Virus record (IMG/VR): IMGVR_UViG_3300029672_000003
Direction: 5' to 3' (one strand)
DNA length: 62,525 nt
From: a virus
How positions within the stretch are numbered: position 1 is the stretch's first letter; each line of letters starts with the position of its first letter. Shown here one piece after another: positions 8,798 to 17,811 of this stretch. Under the pieces are notes generated by a model. It was not told where the DNA came from and searched no databases. It worked only from the letters and a program-made list of their open reading frames with translations. A program made the position numbers and the translations under genes.

Positions 8798-8861
8798 ATA
8801 TGCACCAACTTTCTATGCAAAATAAAAAGGCGGTAGGCTGTGACACCTTACCGTCCTTGAT

Positions 8862-9620
8862 CTACTCTTTTAATTTTTCTCTTGTAACCGGTCCGCATTT
8901 CTTATCTACTGTAATTCCGACTTTTTTCTGGAATGTTCCAATACCGGTCGCCGTATCATTTCCAAGAATACCGTCCACATTACTGTTTCCCTTTTTATCT
9001 TTTTCATCCAGGCATCCGTGATAAATAAGCTCCGTCTGAAGCCATCTCACATCATCCCCTCTCATGCAAGGGAATTTTTTCTTTAAAATCCTTGCAGGTT
9101 CCGGGTATGGGTTTAAATGATCTTTTACATTTTTTCTAGGGCTTCCGCTTGTCACAATCGCTGTATGACCTTTTGTTTTTGTGACAATAACATCTCCATT
9201 GTAAAGAACCATTCCTGCCGCATAACCTCCAATGTCATCAAACATGCCACTAGAAAGAAGTACAGATTTTTCATTTGCTGTGGTGAAATTTCCAACATCT
9301 TTTCCAGTTGCATGAATAATGCATGCACGTACCGTTGTGCCGCAATCTGCTTCTGTTTTTACTTTTGAATTAATACCATATTTGACAATTCCAAGCCGGT
9401 GTCCCTGACAGTAGCCAATATTATCATTATTGCACGCTGTAATCATTGATTCTGCCAGTTTATCCGCCATATTTTTTGTTTTTGGTCTTAACACATACCA
9501 TCCTTTTTTATGAACATAAAAGTTTTGCATACTTACTTCTGTTCCTGTCTGATCTCCCGGTCTCCCACCGGTCAATTTCCCATTTTCATCATGTCTTGCA
9601 GATCCAATTCTAATTGACAT
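8862..9620 (-). CDS. Peptidoglycan hydrolase: papain-fold (NlpC/P60- or CHAP-like) N-terminal domain plus PG_binding_1 C-terminal domain (endolysin candidate)
   Basis: GSARHDENGKLTGGRPGDQTG...DCGTTVRACI...GHTAIV (Cys/His dyad). C-terminal GDDVRWLQTELIYHG...DGILGNDTATGIGTFQKKVGITVDKKCGPVTREKL. Confidence 0.7.
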   Translation of the reverse strand: MSIRIGSARHDENGKLTGGRPGDQTGTEVSMQNFYVHKKGWYVLRPKTKNMADKLAESMITACNNDNIGYCQGHRLGIVKYGINSKVKTEADCGTTVRACIIHATGKDVGNFTTANEKSVLLSSGMFDDIGGYAAGMVLYNGDVIVTKTKGHTAIVTSGSPRKNVKDHLNPYPEPARILKKKFPCMRGDDVRWLQTELIYHGCLDEKDKKGNSNVDGILGNDTATGIGTFQKKVGITVDKKCGPVTREKLKE

Positions 9621-9622
9621 AT

Positions 9623-10111
9623 TTATACCTCCAAATTCTTTTCTGGTTTTGGATGGCTCAACTCATAGTTTGACTGCATAATTTTGAGCTTTGCCACAAA
9701 TAGCTCTCTCTGTTTCTTAATTTCTTCTTCCGTCATTTCCGAATCATATTTTCCTTGCTGTTCATTGATTGGTTTTTCAATATACTTTGATTTTGCTTTC
9801 CGACCGGCAAGGCAATGTTCTACTGCCACCGATACCGCAGACAATCCATATGTTCCAAACCACATCCACATCTCATTGTCTCTTTGCTTTTTATCTAAGT
9901 TGTAAGCATCCGCATAAGGCTGTAAATCAGCCGGGCATGACGCGTCTATATCATGCACGGTAAATCCATACCCTTTTGTAACTAAAAGCCAGAATGGGCG
10001 GATTTCCGCACAATATGTTCCCCATGTAAGTTCTCTCTGTTCTTCTACTTTTTCCTCGGAGTTTTCTTCTCCGCTTCTTTCTGATCTGCTTTGAGCAGTT
10101 TTGATAAAAAA
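9623..10111 (-). CDS. Tail assembly chaperone frameshift extension (gpT-like part of a G-T fusion)
   Basis: The -1 frame is open from the slippery site at 10111 through ORF 9623-9958. There is no RBS or start of its own. Confidence 0.7.
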   Translation of the reverse strand, partial: FFIKTAQSRSERSGEENSEEKVEEQRELTWGTYCAEIRPFWLLVTKGYGFTVHDIDASCPADLQPYADAYNLDKKQRDNEMWMWFGTYGLSAVSVAVEHCLAGRKAKSKYIEKPINEQQGKYDSEMTEEEIKKQRELFVAKLKIMQSNYELSHPKPEKNLEV

Positions 10112-10467
10112 CCGTTTTCAAGCAGCTCCGCTAAAAGTGCATTGTAAAGTACCTGAACATCTGCATCTTCTCCGTCAAAGTAATCATCCAGCATGGCATA
10201 TACTTTTCCAAGCTGCTGTTCCTTTTCTCCCTCATTGTCCGGATTGTATCCAAGTTCCTCTTTGTGAAACTTCTGCGCGCCTACAAGGATTAACTCTGGA
10301 AGAAATAAAAGGATTTCGTCAACCGCTTCAATATCTTCCATCTGGTCTAATTTTGCTACTTTCTTGATAATTCCGCTTTTCACGGTTGCTTCATATCCAA
10401 ACTTGATCTGTAATTCTTTCTCGCCAAATTTTAATTTTTTCATTTTCTTTCCCTTTCTCCCTCTCAT
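10045..10467 (-). CDS. Tail assembly chaperone (gpG-like; probable start MKKLKF at 10443)
   Basis: Acidic protein of about 130 aa between the major tail protein and the tape measure, carrying a slippery heptamer near its 3' end. Confidence 0.75.
   Translation of the reverse strand: MRGRKGKKMKKLKFGEKELQIKFGYEATVKSGIIKKVAKLDQMEDIEAVDEILLFLPELILVGAQKFHKEELGYNPDNEGEKEQQLGKVYAMLDDYFDGEDADVQVLYNALLAELLENGFLSKLLKADQKEAEKKTPRKK
10105..10111 (-). other. Programmed -1 ribosomal frameshift site T_TTT_TTA
   Basis: In the zero frame GGT TTT TTA (X_XXY_YYZ). It lies 58 nt before the chaperone stop codon, and the -1 frame continues into 9623-9958. Confidence 0.7.
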
Positions 10468-10580
10468 ATAGGGAAAGGGCAGTCCGAAGACCGCCCTGTT
10501 CTTTTAAATTGTTTCTTCAAGCTCTGGCTCGGTTGTCTGGTTATCGTCAGCCGATCCAACCGAACTATTCGACTGACGTG

Positions 10581-11081
10581 TTATTCCCCCGGTGTAAAAG
10601 CTACAGCGGTGTCCATGCCCTTGTATTCTTCAATGGTAAGGTTCATTTCAACCGTCAAAAGCTCATTCTGACCAATCTCCGGCTGCGGTATCTGCTCCGG
10701 TGGCTGCGCAACAACAAAAAACGCGTCGGTAAATCCCGGGATAATCGTTTCAAACCACATTCTTTTCCCGCCGGAAAGCGCCTTATACGCCGTGATAAGA
10801 GTTTCCCACTCTTCCTTTGTGGCATCCGTAAGGTTTACCGTGATAGGGAAAGAGCCACCGGTATCTGCGCGACCCTTTACATATCTGGTAATAGCATCTT
10901 CTAATGCAGATGCGTCAATCTGTTCCGGCTCAATGTTGATACCGCCGATTGCGTTAATTCTTGTAAGCTGTTTAAACGATGTAGGCTTTGTTCCGGCTGT
11001 GGTTTCTGTTCCATAGCCAAACGTAATGCCTAACGTAGACAATCCTGCTTCTGCCATTTTTACCTCTCTTTCTACCGCCAA
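10581..11081 (-). CDS. Major tail protein (probable start MAEAGLS at 11057)
   Basis: LGITFGYGTETTAGTKPTSFKQLTRINAIGGINIEPEQIDASALED... is typical of phi13/TP901-type major tail proteins. Position fits. Confidence 0.75.
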   Translation of the reverse strand: MAVEREVKMAEAGLSTLGITFGYGTETTAGTKPTSFKQLTRINAIGGINIEPEQIDASALEDAITRYVKGRADTGGSFPITVNLTDATKEEWETLITAYKALSGGKRMWFETIIPGFTDAFFVVAQPPEQIPQPEIGQNELLTVEMNLTIEEYKGMDTAVAFTPGE

Positions 11082-11146
11082 ATAATGCGGTTATCGGGCG
11101 CATCTTTTTGCACCCGGTGCATAAAAAATAGAGCCTTTCGGCTCTT

Positions 11147-11578
11147 TTACATCAATCTGTCGTTGGCTCCGATTATCCGCCGGAACCTTGCAACGCTTCT
11201 AAATTTTTTCTCACTGTCATTTTTAAACTCCGGCATTGCTGTGATTTGAAATCGCATCTGTTTAAAGGCATCAGCTAAAATAGCCATAATCCCTTTTGCA
11301 TCACTTTGCTTTGTGTTTGTAATGACGTCAACCTGTATTGTTTCCTGCACCGCATTTACGGATGTGCCCTCTAAATCTGCCCCACGTTCAAGCCCCGGCA
11401 TCTCATGGATGTAAATAGTCGGGAAAACAGGTGCTTTATCAAGGTTCTTTTCAACCGTTGTAAATGCAGTGTCAAAATTCATGCTTTTGTATTTCTTCTT
11501 GAGTTTTGGTTTGGCTATCGTTACAATATTGGAAAAAATGTTTGTTTCAAGGTCAAATACCCACTGGTTTCCTGCCAT
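11147..11578 (-). CDS. Tail completion / tail terminator-like protein (DUF3168-like)
   Basis: Position immediately upstream of the major tail gene. PVFPTIYIHEMPG...IQVDVI pattern. Confidence 0.5.
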   Translation of the reverse strand: MAGNQWVFDLETNIFSNIVTIAKPKLKKKYKSMNFDTAFTTVEKNLDKAPVFPTIYIHEMPGLERGADLEGTSVNAVQETIQVDVITNTKQSDAKGIMAILADAFKQMRFQITAMPEFKNDSEKKFRSVARFRRIIGANDRLM

Positions 11579-12105
11579 TATCCAAACACCTCCTTCGCTG
11601 TCTGTGTAACAATCTGCCGCAACTCATTCGCGGTCAGATACATAAATGGCCGGCTTGGCATTCCCTCTGTAAACCACCAATCGCCATTGTCGTCCTGATA
11701 AAACCATCCATATCTTCCATCTGAAATCTGATGAATAGTTTTTCCACTTGCGTACTGCCACGAAACACCTTCCGGCAGTTTCCCAGGATAAGGACTTTGC
11801 TGTCCCACAATTCCGGTTCCAAACTCAACAAATGCGGCGTGGTCTGTACCGGCTATTACCGCCCATATCCCGCCGCCCTTAGTGCTTCCTTCATATTCCG
11901 CGTGAACACTTGAAATCAGTTCCGATGTAAATATTGCGTCAAGGTCAGCAATTTGCACTCTGGCAATCTCTACGCCCTTTTCCGCGAGTTTTTCTGCCAA
12001 TAGCTGACATTTATATATCAAGCTGTTTTGATAGGCTCTAAGCTCTCGTATGGCGTTCTGAACAGACTTTTCAGACAGGCTCATTGTGATTACTTTTTTT
12101 CCCAT
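11578..12105 (-). CDS. HK97 gp10-family head-tail joining protein
   Basis: ...GGGIWAVIAGTDHAAFVEFGTGIVG...PSRPFMYLTANE motifs. Position fits. Confidence 0.6.
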   Translation of the reverse strand: MGKKVITMSLSEKSVQNAIRELRAYQNSLIYKCQLLAEKLAEKGVEIARVQIADLDAIFTSELISSVHAEYEGSTKGGGIWAVIAGTDHAAFVEFGTGIVGQQSPYPGKLPEGVSWQYASGKTIHQISDGRYGWFYQDDNGDWWFTEGMPSRPFMYLTANELRQIVTQTAKEVFG

Positions 12106-12112
12106 TCAGCAC

Positions 12113-12583
12113 CTACTTCACATTTTTTTGCAATAAGAACAAATCAACCGTCAATCCTTCGTCTGCGACACCTTTTACGATGTAATCAGCCGAATTTTCA
12201 TCAACGATTGTATTCTCTTCATCTTTGTACCTTACATCTGACCGTTTCCATACCAAAGAGCCAACGCTCAATGGAAGTTTCCCTTTGTCCTCGACAATCT
12301 GAACAAAGTTTGTGGAATTGTCAACGCCAAACTCTTTTATAAGTGCTTCACTCAACTTATTGCTGATTGAAGAATAAAAAACCACAGGCTTTTCATAACC
12401 TGTGGTGTATTCTCCTGTCGTTTTTGGTATTTTGTTTCCGTCATCGTCAAGGTAATAAATTACATTGCCATCAGAATCCGTGTATGAGGAATACTCAATG
12501 TTCCCCTCTTCATCCGTAACGTATACCGGAACTTTCCCGCTTTGTAACGAATAACACATTTTTTGCTTATTCAATTCAAGCAT
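12113..12583 (-). CDS. Hypothetical virion-module protein (head closure position)
   Basis: Long ORF, tightly packed in the connector gene run. Confidence 0.5.
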   Translation of the reverse strand: MLELNKQKMCYSLQSGKVPVYVTDEEGNIEYSSYTDSDGNVIYYLDDDGNKIPKTTGEYTTGYEKPVVFYSSISNKLSEALIKEFGVDNSTNFVQIVEDKGKLPLSVGSLVWKRSDVRYKDEENTIVDENSADYIVKGVADEGLTVDLFLLQKNVK

Positions 12584-12584
12584 T

Positions 12585-12911
12585 TTATTTCACATCCTTG
12601 CCAAACCGTTTCCACAGTTCAGACAATTTTTCCCAGCCATACATTGCAACAAAAGCAACAATAAATCCTGCAATAATAGCCGCCAAAATCATGTACCATA
12701 AAATTGTCATCTGAATATACTGCATATATGCCACAAATGCAGCTACAGTAATTCCAATGGAAAGTACAAACACAAGAATGTCTGTCGGCACCTTAGAAAA
12801 CGCTCCTACGCCCTTGATAACCTGTGTTATTACAGATACAACAAAAGCAAGTGCCCCAATGATTGCCAAAATGATTGTCATATTGGCAATAACGCTCTGT
12901 AAAATGTCCAT
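12585..12911 (-). CDS. Holin-like membrane protein (three predicted TM helices, charged C-terminus)
   Basis: MTIILAIIGALAFVVSVI / ILVFVLSIGITVAAFVAYM / ILWYMILAAIIAGFIVAFVAMYG, then KLSELWKRFGKDVK. Confidence 0.55.
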   Translation of the reverse strand: MDILQSVIANMTIILAIIGALAFVVSVITQVIKGVGAFSKVPTDILVFVLSIGITVAAFVAYMQYIQMTILWYMILAAIIAGFIVAFVAMYGWEKLSELWKRFGKDVK

Positions 12912-12913
12912 GA

Positions 12914-13261
12914 TTACACCTCCTTATCATCATTAAGACGGTTTTCAATTCCGTCAATTCTGTGATGCGCTGATTTCACACTTTCCTCAACTTTAATAAT
13001 CCGGTTGTCATGTGAGTTGATTTCTTTTCTCATCTCCGAGACTTCATTCTTAATATCCGTCGTGTTGTTTGAGATGGCATCCAGTTTCATATTGATGCGT
13101 GTATTTTCTTTCACGCGTTCCTCAACATCCTTTGTGTCTGTTCGCTTGTTATTCTTTAATCCCATATAGACGGAAAAACCGAGTGATAACACGCTTATAA
13201 TGATTGCTGTAGATAATTCTATCGTCACATCATATACCGCCTTTCTTTGTAATTGGCACAC
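12914..13261 (-). CDS. N-terminal TM anchor plus coiled-coil protein (BhlA/UviB-like architecture; probable GVG/GTG start near 13219)
   Basis: TIELSTAIIISVLSLGFSVYMGL followed by a heptad-rich tail. RBS AAGGCGGT lies upstream of an in-frame GTG. Confidence 0.45.
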   Translation of the reverse strand: MCQLQRKAVYDVTIELSTAIIISVLSLGFSVYMGLKNNKRTDTKDVEERVKENTRINMKLDAISNNTTDIKNEVSEMRKEINSHDNRIIKVEESVKSAHHRIDGIENRLNDDKEV

Positions 13262-13357
13262 CGCCCACCACCGCTCAATGTGTGCCGCCTGCTATCGTTT
13301 TGTCAATGTCGGCAACACGATAACGCTCAATCTTCTAAACTCCTCGAAATCGAGGGG

Positions 13358-13738
13358 TTATAATGCTTTTACAAACGGAAATACTCCCACAAACAAGCTT
13401 TCCCTGTCTTTCCAGCTACGGCTTACGCCGTTTTCTGAATAGCTTGCCATATAGGCTTCTCCTGCCTGTGAATGGTCGTACACGGCTAAATTGACGATTA
13501 CATCCTCAAACTTTTTCAAGTCTTCGGATATTTTTTCATCCGTGTAGCTTTTCGGGTAATTCCGCTTGCTTACCACTTCATTTTTTGCCTGCTTGATAAG
13601 CTGTTCAATGTAAGGATTATCTTCTTTCTGGTCGAACACGACAACATCAGAAGTAACACCATCTTCATCCGTAACGGTTTCAATATGAAATTGTTTCAGC
13701 CTGATTTTGACTTGTTCTAATGTGGCGTATTTTACCAT
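13358..13738 (-). CDS. Head-tail connector protein (gp6 / Phage_connect_1-like)
   Basis: MVKYATLEQVKIRLKQ...EQLIKQAKNEVVSKRNYP pattern. Position downstream of the capsid gene. Confidence 0.6.
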   Translation of the reverse strand: MVKYATLEQVKIRLKQFHIETVTDEDGVTSDVVVFDQKEDNPYIEQLIKQAKNEVVSKRNYPKSYTDEKISEDLKKFEDVIVNLAVYDHSQAGEAYMASYSENGVSRSWKDRESLFVGVFPFVKAL

Positions 13739-13752
13739 AGCTAAAACCCTTT

Positions 13753-13998
13753 CTAAAGCTCTACATTTTCCATTACTGCTCTTGCTTCAAGAACTGCAAT
13801 ATAATCTGTCATTGCTTTAATCTGCATATTATATGTACTTCTAGGGCAAATTGGAGTAAAGGTAAGTTTATCATTATCCCACTTATCAAGCATATTTTTT
13901 AGTTTCTTATAGCGAATAACTACTTGCTGATACTCTGCTTTAAATCTTTCTTTGTAGTCCGTGCTGTTCATCATTTCCACGGTGTCTTTTAATTCCAT
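13753..13998 (-). CDS. Small conserved phage protein (DYKERFKAEY...LTFTPICP motif)
   Basis: ORF with a motif seen in many phage genomes; function unknown. Confidence 0.5.
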   Translation of the reverse strand: MELKDTVEMMNSTDYKERFKAEYQQVVIRYKKLKNMLDKWDNDKLTFTPICPRSTYNMQIKAMTDYIAVLEARAVMENVEL

Positions 13999-14007
13999 AA
14001 CTATCTC

Positions 14008-14256
14008 CTATAATCCTAATTTCTCAATTAACAGCTTCTTTAATTCTGCTCCTGTAAGTTCTTCTGCGTTGTCTATACCTTGTTCTGTGGCAAGTGCCTG
14101 TAAATCAGCAGTGCTCATTCTGTTAATCTCTGTCTTGGTGTACCCGCCGGAAGATTTCTCTCCCGGAACAATGTCCGGGATTTCATCTCCTGCTTTATAC
14201 CATCTTCCATTGCGCTTTACTGTATATTCAGCAATCATACCGCACCTCCTACGCAA
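14008..14256 (-). CDS. Small protein with C-terminal HeH/Rho-N-like motif (probable start MIAEYT at 14238)
   Basis: ...STADLQALATEQGIDNAEELTGAELKKLLIEKLGL. RBS GGAGGTG before the ATG at 14238. Confidence 0.5.
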   Translation of the reverse strand: MRRRCGMIAEYTVKRNGRWYKAGDEIPDIVPGEKSSGGYTKTEINRMSTADLQALATEQGIDNAEELTGAELKKLLIEKLGL

Positions 14257-15343
14257 CTTTCATGACAACAACGCTGTCCATGCCCTCAAAAGTAGGCAAT
14301 CCGATCATTGACACAATGCAATGCGTGTTGATTGGATGATTTGTTGCGTATGTATATACCGAAATACCGGTTTCTACAATAGAAAGGTTTCCGTCTGTTA
14401 AACTTCCGCTTCTCTCTTCCGGTGTCTTTCCAAAGACATAATCTCCAAGGTACACGCCGGATGCCTGCGCTGAAATAACTCCTGTAGGAATAAAATATTT
14501 GGTAGCACCGTCTGCAGGGTCGATGTAAAGTTTGTCGTAAACTTCAATCTCGATGCCGTATCCTCTAAGATACTCTGTAACCTGCCCCTGCTGTAAGCGA
14601 ATACCGCCATTGTAAGCAGTAATTCCAAGCACCTGTTTCTTTGTGTCCTCCGCCTTAAGGACCATTTCCCATGTTTCTGTATTCATGCTAAAGCGTGCAA
14701 GGGAATATCCTGTTTTCTTTGCAAACTCACGTTTAATCTCGATAAGGTCGTCAAGTGGCGTTGCTGTTTCGGATGCAGACCATTTATCGGTATCGCTTCC
14801 GGAGATATCCTTGTAATGGTCTCTCTTGTGCGCCACTCCATTGTCCGAAGTATAATCCACATAGTAGCTTTTTCCGCCAATTGTTACCTGTACTCTTGGA
14901 ATACCATCAGATGGTGCTAATAACTGCCAAATCTGGCGTTCCGGCACTACTCTTGCTCCTTCAATAAGCATCATCGGTTTTTTGCTGATTTCTCTAAGCA
15001 CCTGGTTTGCCATGTTGGAATTTTCTGCCGACTGGTAATTTGCATACTCCTGCTCTTCACGCTCTGTTACCATGTAAGATTCACGGTAGAAAGGCATCTC
15101 GTTCTGAATGTCCGAAAATCCACCAACGTCTCTTAACTCTGCCTGCGAATCAAAATTGGATGCCTTTAAGGATACTGGAAGACCGTTTTTCCCTTTGATA
15201 AATCTAAGCTCAAGGCTGTCCTGTTTTCTGGTTCCAAATTTCTGTCTACCTAAGTAAGGCGCAGAACCAAGCGTTTTTTCATAATTATTCCACATAACCC
15301 CAAGGCTTCTTGCGGTAAATGCTTCTGCTAATGGTAATGCCAT
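14249..15343 (-). CDS. Major capsid protein, lambda gpE-like family
   Basis: 364 aa. Preceded by a scaffold gene and a 109-aa D-like gene, matching the lambda Nu3-D-E order. N-terminus ALPLAEAFTARSLGVMWNNYEKTLGSAPYLG. Confidence 0.8.
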   Translation of the reverse strand: MALPLAEAFTARSLGVMWNNYEKTLGSAPYLGRQKFGTRKQDSLELRFIKGKNGLPVSLKASNFDSQAELRDVGGFSDIQNEMPFYRESYMVTEREEQEYANYQSAENSNMANQVLREISKKPMMLIEGARVVPERQIWQLLAPSDGIPRVQVTIGGKSYYVDYTSDNGVAHKRDHYKDISGSDTDKWSASETATPLDDLIEIKREFAKKTGYSLARFSMNTETWEMVLKAEDTKKQVLGITAYNGGIRLQQGQVTEYLRGYGIEIEVYDKLYIDPADGATKYFIPTGVISAQASGVYLGDYVFGKTPEERSGSLTDGNLSIVETGISVYTYATNHPINTHCIVSMIGLPTFEGMDSVVVMKVA

Positions 15344-15362
15344 TCTCTAATACCTCCATTTC

Positions 15363-15692
15363 TTAATCAAAAAAAGTGACACGCGGTGTTGCTGCTTTTG
15401 CAGTTGCTTCCACGGTCACTCCGTTCGCTGTTACCTTTGCGCTGTCAATAGAACCCTGATATACATAAGTTCCAGGCGCATCTCCCATTGTTACGTCAAC
15501 ATCTTCCAGAAGATACCCTTTGCAAGATTCGTCATTGCTTGGAAAAGGTGTCCCAGCCTTTGCAATCTTCTTTCCGTTTGCATCGGCACTTGACACCATT
15601 GTCTGCGGAACGATGCACGCCGCACCCTCATAAGGAAAGAATTTTAAAATTCCTTTACTCTGTGTAAAGTCTCTTTCAATCGGTTTTCCCAT
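15363..15692 (-). CDS. Head decoration protein (gpD-like position and size)
   Basis: 109 aa, immediately upstream of the E-type capsid gene. Confidence 0.55.
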   Translation of the reverse strand: MGKPIERDFTQSKGILKFFPYEGAACIVPQTMVSSADANGKKIAKAGTPFPSNDESCKGYLLEDVDVTMGDAPGTYVYQGSIDSAKVTANGVTVEATAKAATPRVTFFD

Positions 15693-15702
15693 AATTTACC
15701 TC

Positions 15703-16251
15703 CTATAAAACATAATGGTCTTTGGCTTCTACATTTTTTGCCGGTTCGCCAAAGCTGATACTTTCGGCATTTTCAACATCTGCCGTTTTTTTATTCTCTC
15801 CACCTGCAGTACCGCCGCCCGGATTTTCAGTATTATTTGCAATCTCCTGTTCCTTTGCCTGCGCTGCCGCGGTTTCCTTTTCGGATGTAATCTTTCCAAG
15901 AGCGTCATAATCAAGGCTTCCATCATCTTTGACGACAGATTTTGCCTGCTCTGCATTGATTTTTAACTTTTCCATCAATGCTTCGCGCTGATCTCTGATG
16001 GCGTTTTTCTTCTGCATATCTGCAATCTGCTGATTTGCTGTCTCTAACGCCTTGTTTGCTTTTTCAAGTTCCGTGAGGTTTCCTGCTTCCATTTCATCCA
16101 GCTTTTTCTGCAACTCATCTGCACTGTCTGCCTTTGCCTTAAGCTCTGCTGCTTTTGCCTGTTCTCTCTGTACGGCACTGCCGTAATCAGCAATGATTTT
16201 CCCAACATTTTCCTCACTGATACCCATTGCAATTAACTCTTCTCTTTTCAT
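15703..16251 (-). CDS. Capsid scaffolding protein
   Basis: Highly charged A/E/K-rich coiled coil, located between the portal and capsid genes. Confidence 0.7.
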   Translation of the reverse strand: MKREELIAMGISEENVGKIIADYGSAVQREQAKAAELKAKADSADELQKKLDEMEAGNLTELEKANKALETANQQIADMQKKNAIRDQREALMEKLKINAEQAKSVVKDDGSLDYDALGKITSEKETAAAQAKEQEIANNTENPGGGTAGGENKKTADVENAESISFGEPAKNVEAKDHYVL

Positions 16252-16340
16252 TGATTACCTCCAATATGTCTTTACGAATTTTTGCGGTGCAACGACACCG
16301 AATGACACTGTTGTTTTTTACGCTCACAACTTTGCGAATT

Positions 16341-16380
16341 TTTATAAAATAAAAACAGCCGCCGATTACTCGGTAGCTGT
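16341..16380 (-). terminator. Terminator-like hairpin overlapping the portal stop codon
   Basis: Minus strand ACAGCTACCGAG-TAAT-CGGCGGCTGT followed by TTTTTATTTTAT. Confidence 0.45.
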
Positions 16381-17802
16381 CTTATTTTGCTGTTTATTTA
16401 ATTGATTTACAATTTCCTGTGCTTTTTGTTCCTGCTCTTCTGCATTATCAATTGTTTTCCACAACGCATCTATATATGGCTTAGACAAGAGGAATGTCTT
16501 TTCAGCATCTCCCCAAAGCCCCACCGTTTTAATGGCAATAAGAGGATGTATGCCGCACTCTAAAAGCTGATATAGTGTTTGCGACTTTGTATACATATTG
16601 TCTTGCGGGCTATGATTGATTTGCACATCAAAATCTCTAACTGACAATTTCAAATCATGATCTTTAACTCGTATTGCATTTAAGACAACTTTTGCAAGTC
16701 TTTTCTCTGCCGATTTCACGATTGGGTCTTTTAATTTTGCTCTTGTCTTTGAAAAATCCCAACCATTTCTCAACTCTACCGCGCCCTGTGTATCTCCGCC
16801 AGTGTTCCCCTGCTTGTTTGGTATGGCAAGAATTGATAAGGCATTGTCCCAAAGATCATCTTTTGCCACCTGGCACTGACTCTGGTTAAGTTCCTGCGTC
16901 ATGATCTCAACATCGGCTTTGTTATCCTTATTGTTAGACTTTACAGTCAAAGCATGGCTCATTTTCATCTCTTCAAACGTCTTTTTGTCGATTTCACAGT
17001 TCACAAACTTAACCCAGTATTGAACAAACTGCTCAATTCCATCCATTCTGTTTGACTGCATGTTGTTTATGGCATCCAGAAGCCCTATGACAAGTTCAAT
17101 GTCCGATATTCTTTCGTGGTTGTTTGGGAACTCAACGATAGGAATGCTTCCAAATGCATGCAATTTCCATTCAGAAGCTACTCCATTTTGAATTTTGCAT
17201 GAATGACTGTCTGTATAGCACAGTTTGTACCATCTTCCATCCTCATCCTTAAGTTCTTGTACTGCAAGAACCGGTTCTTCCGTGCTCCGATTATAAATAA
17301 CACAAGTATTCATCGGAGTAGGGGCAACAATCTGAAATGGTATTTCTCCATTTGCAAATCTCACCGCCTTGAAAGATGTTCCGGTTGCTGACTGCCATTC
17401 ACCAGCTTTAATGTCCTTTTCCTGCTTATTTGCGTCTACAAGATAGTCATTCAGCGCATCTACTGCCTTATTGATTACATCGTCATCTTTTCGACTGATA
17501 AACTGGATTGGCTCGCCATATGTCTGTCCTACTTTGAACTGAACAATCTCGTATGCGTGGTTTTCAACAATTTTATTGGTAATGTCACTGTTTTGCACCT
17601 TTACGCGGTACAAAACAGGTTGGTCTCCTTTGTAATACCGCCATAGGTATTCTATGATGGTTTTGTTGTAATAATAATTACCGATGCAGTCTCCCACCAC
17701 ATTGACAATATTATCTGCTGTGATGGTTTCAACATCTGTATATAAAATTTTTCTACCATAACAGCCTTTAACAAGGTCTTGGAGAGATTTGTCATTTCTC
17801 AT
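16366..17802 (-). CDS. Portal protein (SPP1 gp6-like)
   Basis: 478 aa, located between TerL and the scaffold gene. Typical size and composition. Confidence 0.8.
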   Translation of the reverse strand: MRNDKSLQDLVKGCYGRKILYTDVETITADNIVNVVGDCIGNYYYNKTIIEYLWRYYKGDQPVLYRVKVQNSDITNKIVENHAYEIVQFKVGQTYGEPIQFISRKDDDVINKAVDALNDYLVDANKQEKDIKAGEWQSATGTSFKAVRFANGEIPFQIVAPTPMNTCVIYNRSTEEPVLAVQELKDEDGRWYKLCYTDSHSCKIQNGVASEWKLHAFGSIPIVEFPNNHERISDIELVIGLLDAINNMQSNRMDGIEQFVQYWVKFVNCEIDKKTFEEMKMSHALTVKSNNKDNKADVEIMTQELNQSQCQVAKDDLWDNALSILAIPNKQGNTGGDTQGAVELRNGWDFSKTRAKLKDPIVKSAEKRLAKVVLNAIRVKDHDLKLSVRDFDVQINHSPQDNMYTKSQTLYQLLECGIHPLIAIKTVGLWGDAEKTFLLSKPYIDALWKTIDNAEEQEQKAQEIVNQLNKQQNKTATE

Positions 17803-17811
17803 TTTTTTCTC

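Noticed and set aside
8178-8825. Long plus-strand ORFs antisense to large minus-strand genes (for example 8178-8825, 6381-6884, 19247-20095, 48626-49123, 57240-57749)
   Set aside because: These are shadow frames of strongly supported minus-strand genes. They have no RBSs and biased Ser/Phe/Leu-rich translations.
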